Assembly: GCF_963921235.1 (NCBI RefSeq)
Contig: NC_086108.1
Span: 68,512,001-68,576,000, forward strand
DNA: 64,000 bases
From: Mobula hypostoma
Lineage: Eukaryota
Reading direction: 5' to 3'
The notes under the pieces are model-generated. The model had not been told where the DNA came from. It was given only the letters and a program-made list of their open reading frames with translations, and did not search any database. A program made the position numbers and the translations under genes. Numbering within the stretch: the first letter of the stretch is position 1; each line of letters begins with the position of its first letter. Of the stretch, positions 39,720 to 52,600 are shown one piece after another.

Positions 39720-41070
39720 GCTAAAAATTAATATTTAATGAAACAAACGCAGTAAAGTCTGGAAAGACTCAGCAGGTCAGACAGCAATTGTGGAAGGACG
39801 AATGATGACACTTCAAGAAGAAGACATTTCATCAGATTTGGAAAAAGGGAAAAAAACAAGTAAATATTGCAGAAAGGTACGGGGGGGAGGACAGATAGTG
39901 CAAGGGAATATCTCTGAGTGTATGGTTGTAAGTATCCTGACTGGATGCATCATTGTCTAGTAATCCTCAGGAAGATAAAAGCTACAGAGAGTAGGGGACT
40001 CTGCCCAACATATCACAGTCACTTCCCTCCTCATTATTGGTAGTACCTATAGTTTGCTCTCTCAAGGAGGCAATATCTATCATTGAGTATCCTCATCATC
40101 TGGACCATGCCATCTTCTTGCACCTACTATCAGGCAGGAAGTACAGAAACCTGAATTCCTTCACCACCAGGTTCAAGAGCAGCTATTCTCTTCAACTATT
40201 CAGTAATTGAACCATCTGGCAAACCCCTAATCACTACAGCTTAACAACACTATGAACTCTTCAATCATTTTGCACTAAAGTGGACTTCGTGTTTTTTTGT
40301 CCTAATTGTGTTTTCTTGTCCAACAAACTGTGTATAATTTATGTTTGTTTTTCTTGTGAATGCTGCTTATATGATTCTATGTACCTGTGATATTGCTGTA
40401 ATCAAATTGTTCACTGAATGATCACTTTGTCGAGCACCTTCACTCTGTCCACAAAAAGTAGGATTTTCCAGTGATCAACCATTTTAGTTCCTATCCCTAT
40501 TCCCATTCTGACATGTCACTCCATGGCCTCCTCTACCACCACAATGAGGCCGCTCTCAGGTTGGAGGAGCAACATCTCAGATTCCATTTGGGTAGTCTCT
40601 AACCTGATGGCATGTACATTGATTTCTCCAACCTCTGGTAATGTTTCTCCCTTCCCCCTCCCCCCTCCCCCTCCCCCTCCACTCTTCTTCAATTCCACAC
40701 TCTGGCCCCCATCGTACCTCTTTCCTTCTCCTCACCTGCCTTTCATCTCTCCCTGGTGCCCCTCCTCCTTCCTTTTCTCTGATGGTTCAATCTCCTCTCT
40801 TATCAGATTCCTTCTTCTCCAGCCCTTTACCTTTTCCACCTATCACCTCCCCTACCCATATCACCTTATGCCTTGTACTCTTTCCCCTCCCCCACCTTTT
40901 TATTCTAATGTCTTCTCCCTTCCTTCTCAGTCCTGAAGAAGGGTCTCAGCCCAAAACATCAATTTTGTATTAATTTCTATAGGTGCTGCCTGATCTGTCG
41001 AGTTCCTCCAGTATTTTGTGTGTGTGTGTGTTGCTCTGGACTTTGTTCATCTGCAGCATCTCTTGTGTTT
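39720..41070. mobile_element. Cluster: old Penelope tail (minus, ~39720-39920), Rex1-like 3' fragment (plus, ~39920-40420), Penelope 3' fragment (plus, ~40420-41070)
   Basis: ctaccatcaggcaggaagtacag-type Rex1 end; gaggagcaacatctcagattccatttgggtag Penelope end; decayed hammerhead 40929-40964. Confidence 0.75.
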
Positions 41071-41678
41071 AAGCATTTTGTTGCACCTGTACATAGATGT
41101 ACATACTAATACCTACGGCAATAAATCTGACTGTGACTGAGTTAGGCCAGTGTTGCCACAATGATAAACTGGTTGATAGATTAGTGAAGACAGTTGCAAA
41201 GGGAGAAAACAAAGGGACATATAAAAGGCATGAAATGAAGGCCAGCACTTGTGGGAATGCCCAGCAGAGTGTTAATGGAAAGAGAAAAGTACATCTCTGG
41301 TCTTGCTCCAAGAACAATTGAAAACTTTTTCTAAAATGAACATACTTCAAACTTTAGTATTGTCATTCACCCAGTTCATTTGAATCAACCAGGCAATTTT
41401 GTTTATTTTTTTATCTGGGTTTTGAGATCATTAATTACAAAGACATGAGGAATTAGTTTTGGTTAACAGTTCCACATAGGTGATGGTGAGTAAATCAGCA
41501 ATATATTGTTCACTCCGACTAATTTTGATTGCTGTTGTCTTCATTGTTGGATTTTGTGGTTTTAATGGAGCAGAGCCATTAACCTTTTCTGCCAGTCTAT
41601 TGCAAGGCTGCGAGCGACCTCAGATTTCTGCACATAATAGGACCGATTAACAGAAATTGTTCTCAATGATTCAGTGCT

Positions 41679-42839
41679 TAGAAACATAGAAACATAGAAA
41701 ACCTACAGCACAATACAGGCCCTTCGGCCCTCAAAGTTGTGCTGAACATGTCCCTACCTTAGAAATTACTAGGCTTTCCATAGTCCTCCATTTTTCAAAG
41801 CTCCATGTACCTATCCAAAAGTCTCTTAAAAGACCCTATCGTATCCGCCTCCACCACCGTTGCCGGCAGCCCATACCACACATTCACCCTCTCTGAGTAA
41901 AAACTTACCCCTGACATCTCCTCTGTACCTACTCCCCAGCACCTTAAACCTGTGTCCTCTTGTGGCAACCGTTTCAACCCTGGGAAAAGCCTCTGACTAT
42001 CCACACGATCAATGCCTCTCATCATCTTATACACTTCTATCAGGTCACCTCTCATCCTCCTTCGCTGCAGGGAGAAGAGGCTGAGTTCACTCAACCTATT
42101 CTCATAAGGCATGCTCCCCAATCCAGGCAACATCCTTTTAAGTCTCCTCTGCACCCTTTCTATGGCTTCCACATCCTTCCTGTAGTGAGGCGACCAGAAC
42201 TGAGTACAGTACTCCAAGTGGGGTCTGACCAGGGTCCTATATAGCTGCAACATTACCTCTCAGCTCCTAAATGCAATTCCACAGTTAGTGAAGGCCAATA
42301 CATTGTATGCCTTCTTAACAACAGAGTCAACCTGCGCAGCTGCTTTGAGCGTCCTATGGACTCGGACTCAAGATCTCTCTGATCCTCCACACTGCCGAGA
42401 GTCTTACCATTAATACTATATTCTGCCATCATATTTGACCTACCAAAATTAACCACTTCACAGTTATCTGGGTTGAATTCCATCTGCCACTTCTCAGCCC
42501 AGTTTTGCATCCTATCAAAGTCCCGCTGTAACCTCTGACAGCCCTCCATATTATCCACAACACCTCCAACCTTTGAGTCATCAGCACACTTACTAATCCA
42601 TCCCTCCACTTCCTCATCCAGGTCACTTATAAAAATCATGAAGAGTAAGGGTCCCAGAACAAACCCCTGATTCATACTACTGGTCACCAACCTCCATGCA
42701 GAATATGACCCGTCTACAACCACTCTTTGCCTCCTGTGGGCAAGCCAATTCTGGATCCACAAAGCAATGTCCCCTTGGATCCCATGTCTCCTTACTTTCT
42801 CAATAAGCCTTGCATGGGGTACCTTATCAAATGCCTTGC
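41679..42839 (-). mobile_element. CR1 3' half
   Basis: ORFs 42253-42846 and 41795-42253; (catagaaa)n tail at 41679-41700. Confidence 0.93.
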
Positions 42840-43159
42840 TCCTCAAAAGGACACACTGCTTTGTAACTTCAAGAAAAATCAGAGAACTGAAAAAAATTGC
42901 AGATACTCATGAATTATTTTTGAGAATAAAAATGTACTGTGAAGATGTGTGTTTTACAGGAAATGTGTATTTTAATGGCATAATAAGTTATGATTTTTCT
43001 GAGCATTTCTTGGGGACTAAGGAGGATTTGCTTCAACCCCAGTTCTGTGCTTTTGAGGTGGCCAACATGACACCCAAAATTAATTTGCAGGTTGAGGAAA
43101 AGGACAGGTGAGAACCACTCATGGTTCCTGCATACTCCGGCTAAATGTTGTCAGGAGCC

Positions 43160-43900
43160 AGCAATTCAAAGCGTTCAAAGAACATTTATTATCAAAGAAA
43201 GTATAGATCATACAACCTTAAGATTTGTTTGCTTACAGGCAGCCACACAGCAAGAAACCCGAAAGAATCCAATTAAAAAAATGAAGACCAACACCCAATG
43301 TGCAGAGAAAGAGGGGAAGAAAACACAAATGATGCAGACAATAGAAGGGAGCAACAACATTCCGAACCATAGTGAGTCCTTAGATCCAAACTCCGGGGAG
43401 TAGGCCTAAGCCTTGGTATCAGCCCATCACATTAGCAGCAAGGAGCACAGCAGCCTGTGCAGTCTTCATAGCCTCAGTGCCATAGAGAGGAGTGAACATC
43501 ACGGGAGAGCGAGTGAAGTCGGCTCTCACCTCCGATCCCAAATCTCTCCTTCCAGTATATCACTTAAGTTGTCCAAACAGCGTACTGTACCTCGCACTAC
43601 GACCCCAGCACCTCTGCAGCAAAAGGCTCCAGGCCTAGAACAGGCCGCCCAGTGACTCTCTCCAGGCCCAGATTTCACCATAAAGCCCAAAGCCACTCTT
43701 GATTTCTCCAAATTGCCTCAGTGCCCAGAGCAATCCAACCTTGCACCCAGGTCAGTTGTACAGGCATCAGAACTCCGCTGCCTTGACCTCTCCTCTCCAA
43801 ATGGCTCACTCCATCTGCGTCGATTCTGCAATGTACCAGCGTGGTTCATTCCTCAAATTCACTTCCCACCAATTACTGATAACATCTTTGAATTGTTTCT
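43160..43900 (-). mobile_element. Non-autonomous retroposon with LINE-type tail
   Basis: Minus-strand tail tttgataataaatgttctttgaacgctttgaat; 5' boundary uncertain. Confidence 0.5.
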
Positions 43901-43949
43901 TCTGACTACATGGTAATCAATTACTGTAACAGAGCTTGGAATTGAGAGT

Positions 43950-46700
43950 CCAGGCTTTGGGAATCTAATGGTGGATATGCAAGTGCATGGTTGGCCTTTT
44001 GGAGTGGACTGCATTCTACCAGGGACTCAGTGCTGGGCAAGTTTGCCTGGCAGGGGATGCCGATGTTGGTTACTTATCTTGCTTGTGGATTTGGAGGGTT
44101 CTGCAGTAAAAACAGTAATGGTACTGCTCTACCTACTGCAAGTACAAGAGAACAGGGATGGTTGCCTGCCCAGTAGACCAGAAGTTTTGATCCTTTTTGA
44201 GGTCTTGATCCGAAGTCATACTTTTCCCCAGGTTGACAAAGCCTGTGATGGCACATTGAGGTAGGTTTACATGTTGGAGTTTGCCTGCATACAGAAGTGG
44301 CTCTTGGTAGTGAGAAAATTGTTACTGTACCCAGGACCCCCTCTTGAACATTTATTGTCAGGGGAAGTGCTGCAGAATGAGGATGGGTTGGTCAAGGACC
44401 TTTGTTTTGAAGCTGTTGAATGTGCCGCCCATTCTTTGTAGGCAGCAATGAACAAATCCATGATGATTGGAGGTTGATATCTAAACATGCGCATATACCA
44501 GCATCGTCTGTGTACGTCACTGAAGCTGGTCCTGGAATTAGATATAGGCATCCGTTAGTCTCATGAGACCATGGATTTGCACCTTGGAAAGTTTCCAGGG
44601 TGCAGGCCTGGGCAAGGTTGTATGGAAGACCAGCAGTTGCCCATGCTGCAAGTCTCCCCTCTCTACGACACCGATGTTGTCCAAGGGAAGGGCATTAGGA
44701 CTCATACAGCTTGGCACCGGTGACGGCGCAGAGCAATGTGTGGTTAAGTGCCTTGCTCAAGGACACAATACGCTGCCATAGCCAAGGCTTGAACTAGCGA
44801 CCTAGAAATCACTAGACGGACGCCTTAACCACTTGGCCATGCGCCAACACGATGCTGGAATAGAGGTGACATAAATTGAACAGTCCTTCATTCACAAAGG
44901 GTCACAAAGAGTCGGACTTGAGGAATGAACAACACCTCCATTCATCATGTGACTTAGTTCCACTCTAGTGGGTTTCTTAGAGACTGGTTTTGTTGAAGAC
45001 GCTTTGTTTCACAGAGTCACAGAATGACAGTGTGATAGAACACTACTGAAATCCTCAGGTGTTCTACCACTCACCGTGTAAGGCCTACTCTGACTGGTCC
45101 TCCCAAAGTGTAACAACTCACACTTGTCTGCATTAAATTCCATCTGCCAGTTATCAGCCCATTTCGCTAGCTGATCCAGGTCCTGCCGCGATCTTTGATA
45201 GTCTTCTTCACTTTCAAATCATGGTTTGCATGCTATCGTGGGGGAGATAAAAGAAATGAAGATGGGAAGGTTGAGAAGCAGGTTGCATCTGCACAGTCAC
45301 TGAGGAGGAGGAGAGCCTGAGAATGATATTCTCTTTGGTAGGCAGCACAGAGATCTCTCCCCAGTTACAACAATGACATTGGTCTCATTATCCGAAACTA
45401 TTCACGATTATCGTGTCTCTGAGAACCCTGGCATGTCCTTTTCTTTCCAATAGATGGAGATAAGGCTGTGAACTGAAGTTTCCCTCTACCTCGCTTTACA
45501 ACTTCAACAGGGACAACATATGCTCCCAAGGCTTTGTCGTTTTTCAGCTGACACCTGGTCTTTACTTGTTCTTGTTGGTCAGGAATGATAACAAGGTAGG
45601 ACTGGAGAGTCTCCTGTGGGACGGAGTCAATGTGCTCATTGCAAGGAGAGAGTTACAGTGGAGGTCTTATTCAAAGTCATCCTTTCAGAGCTCCAGCTGC
45701 GTCTCTTTCTCTTAACAGAATCAGCATGTCTTGGTTGTGAACGACTTCCTTGGCACTCAGACTTTCTATTGCAGCTCAGCAGAGAGATATCTGCAGAGAT
45801 AGTTCCTTATCCTTGAGGCCCGGTGGAGTTTCCATTCCTGAATTAGCTCCGAAATCTTTCTCCTGAATGGCCATTCTCATCAAACCAGTGCCGGTGGTTT
45901 CTAGTTGAAAAGCAAAGAGTCTCTGCATGGGATAATAATGGTGGATTTAAAGAACCATGACCAGTCCATGGATTCCTTTGCCTGGGGGCTGTCAGATCAC
46001 ATATGAAATACTGTATGAGGGCAGCTGTCTTTGCAGGATCATTGAGAATGACGGGGCAGGACCTTGTGCTTGTCTTTCTGGGAAGTGGTTAGGACAAGAC
46101 AAGCATTTTGTCTGGAGGAGTACACTGTTAAAATTAGCCTTCCCTATTTTCTCCTTGCCAGAGGCTTATGTCCCATCTGATACTGACGCTAAAGTCATAT
46201 TTTCTCCAACTGGGAATATGGCCCAAGGTTTTTTTTAAAGACTGGAAAAGAAGTTGTTGGCCACATTCACAGTGTAGCAGGTTAAAAAGTATGTGTTGAT
46301 GACTGTTGTGTGCAGTTATGAGGGCCACAGAGATATCAGCAGAGATGCCAGACCACTTATTTTTGAATCAGAGCTTACTCACAGAATCAGAAGCAGAGTT
46401 CCTTCTCTTACAAAAGAAGATGTTAGCCATTGCTTCATTCTTTGAGCTGTACATCTCTCACCAGACGTGCCTCACTCAGGGCAATGAAATCAATGTCGGG
46501 GCAAGGCTATGATAGCACAGGAATGATCTAGTCTGTCACTGTGGGGGCTGTCCACGAGGCTGCTGGTGTTCCTCCTGAGGAGAGCAAATTGCCTGCACGT
46601 AATTCCTTTAAATATGAAAGAGCCATTGCTGGGACCTGAATCCATCCCCACACGCCTGACCCTGCTTCCAGCTCGTAATCACTGTTTGGAAAACACTCTA
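43950..46700 (-). mobile_element. Old RTE-clade LINE, heavily decayed and interrupted
   Basis: APE N-terminus LVDSPHSDRLDHSCAIIA...DIDFIALSEARL...QLKE (~46400-46560); RT YTDDAGICAC...MDLFIAAYK (~44430-44515). Confidence 0.75.
44542..44850 (-). mobile_element. tRNA-derived SINE with CORE-like segment
   Basis: Minus strand: A box TGGCCAAGTGG, B box GTTCAAGCC, then gtgtccttgagcaaggcacttaacc. Confidence 0.85.
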
Positions 46701-49026
46701 ACTCTGTATAATTAATCCAAGGAATTGTAACTCCTTCATGATTTTCAGATTATAATGGACTTTTTTAAAATGTGGTTATGATGTTTGAGTTTCTTTCTCA
46801 TGTTCCAAACTTCATTTCTCACTTTGTAAAATCTTCTTCTTTCTGAGTTTGCTTTTTGATTTTTTTTTAATGTGGTAGTTTGGTAAATCAGATTAATGAC
46901 ATGTTGCTGGAAGCCAGAGTTCTCCTTGAATTGACCCTGACAGAAATCAATGAGGAAAGAAAGGAAGTTCATACCATATTGATCTGTGAGCAGCTGCTGT
47001 AACGAGGTGCACAGCGAGTACTGTCAATTCCCCACTGACTGTGATGGGAATTTCAGTCCACAAGGGAGTCAGTGTCTATGAGGAACAGGCAGAAAAGATG
47101 AGATCAGCCATGATCTTGCTGGATGACAGTGCAAGGTTGAGGGGTTACAGTGTCTGCCCTGCTCTTCCATTCACACCACTGACTACCTGTGGGCTGGATA
47201 TTCATCACGGCTTATTTTGCAGTTCTGCCAAAGCAAGTTGGAGATCTGTTTTGGTGAGGGAGCGAATAGAAGGGTGAATGAGAAATGGAAGGGTTTAAGA
47301 AAGGGGTTGGAAATTCAGCAGGGAAGAAGTAGAAAGGAAGGAAATATGAAGGAAAAGAACATGAGTAGACAGAGGAGAAAAGATAGTAGAATAGCAGATG
47401 AAGGGGAGGAACCGGGGATTATGTGAAATAGAAATGTGATATATTTCACTATTCGACTGCTGCAGAGTACTTTGCTTTTAAATAAATTAAGAGTTAGAAA
47501 GGGAAATTACTATTTATAGTTAAGTATTTACATAAAATGGTTCTGATGTCTGGCCAGTATAGCAACCTTTAATACAATCTTGTTTATAATACAATCTGGT
47601 TTATGGAGCATATATCAGAGGGGTCTCTGTATTAGTTGGAAGAAATGATTTTGAAATACATTTATTTTGCATGTGCATGTAATTTATTTTTGATGGTGGC
47701 TTCTGGTCTATGCTGAAAGAATGAAAGAGGGCTCTCAAGTGTAATTGAGTTGAATCAGGAAACGAGCAAGCTGAAGACGTTGGATAATTTAGTTCAGTAC
47801 TCCATTTATTAAATTGGCCTGGAATGTGAAAGGAATCAAGATCCAATCAAGTGCTTTAAAAGATGGTGTTGGACAACATTTGATTAAAGAGTGATATCAC
47901 CTTGCTATGGTGACCTTGCCTAAATGGAATCTGCCAACCTTATAAAAAAGATTTGGCTTATGTATACTATGTTTCATTAATATTGGATAGCTCATACTTT
48001 CCAGCTAATTAAACAGTTTCTTTTAATGTGTAATCAATGCAGTAATTCACGAAAGAAAATCAGAAAAATTATCTAGAGCAAAGAGATAAAGAATCAGATA
48101 ATTAGTTCTAGTTTTGATTGCAACATATATTGGTCGGCACTCAAGAAGAAGACCGTTGTTTTTCAGTGAGAGCTATGGTTAGTACTGCATCAAACAGAAA
48201 CAAGTTATTGACAAGGCTAATAAGCTTATTGTATAGCAATTGACTGTAACAATAGATAGCAATATTAATATGCAATTTTGTTCTAATCACTATAATACCC
48301 AAAATCAGGATATGTACTGTACATTTTAGTGATGTTTCCATGGTTAATTTATTCAGGTTAATATGCAATCCTTTTAATGATGAGAATCAATAATTCTTGC
48401 AGGTAGTTCCTGTAGTAGAATAGCTACTCAATTTTTCAATTGGAAATAATACAGATATCAGTGAACTTTTTCTCACAGTGGACTGAGCTTAATAGATATG
48501 TGAAATGGAGACCACCCCATCCATGCAGAAGTTAATCTATTGCTTTCCACAAATTGAACAGGGGGGTTGTAATGAGAATAAAACTGATAAAACAACTACA
48601 TTCCAATCATTAATTCTAATTCCTTACTATGAAAACAAAAGTCTAGATGAAAAATAAACCAGTTCAACTCCTCTGTCATTAATGTATTGTAGGTAGTATT
48701 AATAAGTAGTGATGTCATGGATCATATCCGGATTACAGAATAGGAGGTGTTTGCTGTCGTCAGGCAAATTAGGGCGGTCAGGTACCCAGGGCCTGACAAG
48801 GTGTCTCTTCACACCTTGTGGGAGGCGAGGGCAGGAAATACAGGTGCCCTGCTAGAGGTATCTAAAACATCCTTAGCCACAGGTAAGGTGCCGAAGGACT
48901 GGTCAATAGCTAATTTGTTCCGCTGTTCAAGAAAGGCTCAAAGAATAAGGAAAAATATGGGCCAGTTAGCCTGATAATAGTAGTGGGTAAATTATCGGAA
49001 GGTATTCTGAGGGACAGGATATATAC

Positions 49027-49638
49027 CTGTCAAGTAGGGGACCGTGCACAATTCTGATTTGATGGAGACAGACGTGAGAGTACGGAGGAACATCTGGAGA
49101 AACTTCTGAAATGCCCGCTTCGCTGCCGCTGCTACTGTATGGTAACCGGAATCTCCGGAGCAGAAAGCCCCGAATCCACAGCTTTGCTTGTTTCGGCGGC
49201 TGGGGCGAGGTCGAAGGTGCTCGGCGGAGGATGGCGCTAGGGAGGCTGTATCGGAGGGGCCGGTCGGAGGCTCGAAGTTTTCGGATGGACGGGCTCGGTG
49301 TCGGCTGTGGTTGGCTGCTTCCAAGGCCTCGGCAGTTGTTGGTGCTTTGAAGGTTTATGGCAGGGAGTTTCTCCCTTTTGCCACCTGCTATCGGGGACTC
49401 GGGAGTCGATCGGGACTTGAGACTTTTTTTTACCGTGCCCATGGTCTGTTCTTTTCAAATTATGGTATTGTTTTGCACTGCTGTAACTATATGTTATAAT
49501 TATGTGGTTCTGTCAGTGTTAGTCTTTGGTTTGTCCTGTTTTCTGTGATATCACTCTGGAGAAACGTTGTATGATTTCTTAATGCAGGTATGCATTTCTA
49601 AATGACAATAAAAGAGGACTGAGTGTTCTCATAATCTA
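49027..49638 (+). mobile_element. Young non-autonomous retroposon (CpG-rich 5' part, AATAAA near 3' end)
   Basis: Perfect 6-bp TSD atatac (49021-49026 / 49639-49644); no recognisable ORF. Confidence 0.75.
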
Positions 49639-49681
49639 ATATACGTATCTGGGTAGACAGGGCCTGATTAGGGATAGTCAA

Positions 49682-52600
49682 TGTAATGTATGGATTTATT
49701 TCTTTTAGAGCAATGACCGCCCCTCCCGCTCCCCCTTAGCACTACGTATTGATCTGTTGTCTGTGTATGTGCATGGTTCTCTCTCTCGCTGGAATACACC
49801 AGCTAAAGTCATCTCCTGCATGCACACTTTTATTTAATATATATGTAGTTGTGCACAGGCATGATAAATTGCTGATGAGTACAAACCTGAATGTCAGAAA
49901 ACATCACGAACTGCGCCAACAGTTACAGGACGAAACAGCAGGAGTTAAGCAACACGAGGAAGTCGTCACGGACACCAACAAAGGTGTGAGTACCACATAG
50001 TACACAGTGAAACATGCGTTGAATTTAAAGTGAAAATAATGTGGCAATGACTTCAGTCAGGAAAGTTGACAAATTTGAAAGCACCAATGAAGACTGGGAG
50101 TCGTATATTGAGAGAATTGAACTGTATTGTAATGTGAATTATAGGCAGAGGGGGAGGCGTGGCTTTATTGGTAAGAAATGATATTAAATCATTAGAAAGT
50201 GATATAGGATCAGAAGGTGCAGAATCTTTATGGGCTGAGCTAAGAAATTGCAGGGGTAAAAGGACCCTGATGGCAGTTATTTATAGGCCTCCAAACAGCT
50301 GCAGTGATGTGGACTACAAATTACAACAGGAAATAGAAAAGGCTTGTCAGAAGGCAGTGTTATGATAATTGTGGGGGATTTTAACATGCGAGTGGATTGG
50401 GAAAATCAGGGCAGCACTGGATCTCGAGAGAGAGAGAATTTGTAGAATGTCTGCAAGAAGACTTTTTAGAACAGCTTGTTGTTGAGCCCACTCGGGGATC
50501 AGCTGTACTAGATTGGGTATTGTGTAATGAACCGGAGGTGATTAGAGAGATTGAGGTGAAGGAACCCTTAGGAGGCAGTGATCATAACATGATTGAGTTC
50601 ACTGTGAAATTTGAAAAAGAGAAGCCGAAATCTGATATGTCGGTATTTCAGTGGAGTAAAGGAAATTACAGTGGCATGAGAGAGGAACTGGCCAAAGTTG
50701 ATTGGAAAGGGACTCTGGAGGGAAAGACAGCAGAGCAGCAGTGGCTGGAGTTTATGCGAGAAGTGAGGAAGGTGCAAGACAGGTATATTCCAAAAAAGAA
50801 GAAATTTTTGAATGGAGAAAGGATGCAACCATGGTTGACAAGAGAAGTCAACGCCAAAGTTAAAGCAAAGGAGAGGGCATACAAGGAAGCAAAAATTAGT
50901 GGGAAGACAGAGGATTGGGAAGTTTTTAAAACCTTACAAAAGGAAACTAAGAAGGTCATTAAGAGGGAAAAGATTAACTATGAAAGGAAGCTAGCAAATA
51001 ATATCAAAGAGGATACTAAAAGCTTTTTCAAGTATATAAAGAGTAAAGGACAGGTGAAAGTAGATATTGGACCAATAGAAAACGATGCTGGAGAAATTGT
51101 AATGCGAGATAAGGAGATGGCAGAGGAACTGAACGAGTATCTTGCATCGGTCTTCACTGAGGAAGACATCAGCAGTATACCGGACACTCAAGGGTGGCAG
51201 GGAAGAGAAGTGTGCGCAGTCACAATTACGACAGAGAAAGTACTCAGGCAGCTGAATAGTCTAAAGGTAGATAAATCTCCCGGACCAGATGGAATGCACC
51301 CACATGTTCTGAAGGAAGTAGCTGTGGAGATTGCGGAGGCATTAGCGATGATCTTTCAAAAGTTTATAGATTCTGGCATGGTTCCGGAGGAGTGGAAGAT
51401 TGCAAATGTCACTCCGCTATTTAAGAAGGGGGCAAGGAAGCAAAAAGGAAATTATAGACCTGTTAGCTTGACATCAGTGGTTGGGAAGTTATTGGAGTCA
51501 ATTGTCAAGGATGAGGTTACAGAGTACCTGGAGGCATATGACAAGCTGGGAAGAACTCAGTATGGATTCCTTAAAGGAAAATCCTGCCTGACAAACCTAT
51601 TACAATTTTTTGAGGAAATTACCAGTAGGCTATACAAGGGAGATGCAGTGGATGTTGTATATTTAGATTTTCAGAAGGCCTTTGACAAGGTGCCACACAT
51701 GAGGCTACCTAACAAGATAAGAGCCCATGGAATTATGGGAAAGTTACATACGTGGATAGAGCGTTGGCTGATTGGCAGGAAACAGAGAGTGGGAATAAAG
51801 GGATCCTATTCTGTTTGGCTGCCGGTTACCAGTGGTGTCCCACAGGGGTCTGTGTTGGGGCCGCTTCTTTTTACATTGTACATCAACGATTTGGATTATG
51901 GAATAGATGGCTTTGTGGCTAAGTTTGCTGATGATACAAAGATAGGTGGAGGGGCCGGTAGTGCTCAGGAAATGGAGAGTCTGCAGAGAGACTTGGATAG
52001 ATTGGAAAAATGGGCAAAGAAGTGGCAAATGAAATACAATGTTGGAAAGTGTATGGTTATGTACTTTGGCAGAAGAAATAAACGGGCAGACTATTATTTA
52101 AATGGGGAAAGAATTCAAAGTTCTGAGATGCAACGGGACTTGGGAGTCCTCGTACAGGATACCCTGAAGGTTAACCTCCAGTTTGAGTCGGTAGTGAAGA
52201 AGGCAATTGCAATGTTGGCATTCATTTCTAGAGGAATGGAGTATAGGAGCAGGGATGTGATGTTGAGGCTCTATAAGGCGCTGGTGAGACCTCACTTGGA
52301 GTACTGTGGACAGTTTTGGCCTCCTTATTTAAGAAAGGATGTGCTGACGTTGGAGAGGGTACAGAGAAGATTCACTAGAATGATTCCGGGAATGAGAGGG
52401 TTAACATATGAGGAACGTTTGTCTGCTCTTGGACTGTATTCCTTGGAGGTTAGAAGAATGAGGGGAGACCTCATAGAAACATTTCAAATGTTGAAAGGCA
52501 TGGACAGAGTGGATGTGGCAAAGTTGTTTCCCATGATGGGGGAGTCTAGTACAAGAGGGCATGATTTAAGGATTGAAGGGCACCCATTCAGAGCAGAAAT

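Noticed and set aside
44783..44850. tRNA gene
   Set aside because: A and B boxes are followed by a CORE-like body and tail, so this is a SINE head.
44895..44935. BovB-like 3' tail (gggtcacaaagagtcggac) as evidence of horizontal transfer
   Set aside because: Only ~40 nt and typical of RTE-clade tails generally; too short to support the claim.
45215..46700. Coding-like unique-looking sequence, first taken for a host exon
   Set aside because: Minus strand shows a decayed RTE-clade endonuclease with stops.
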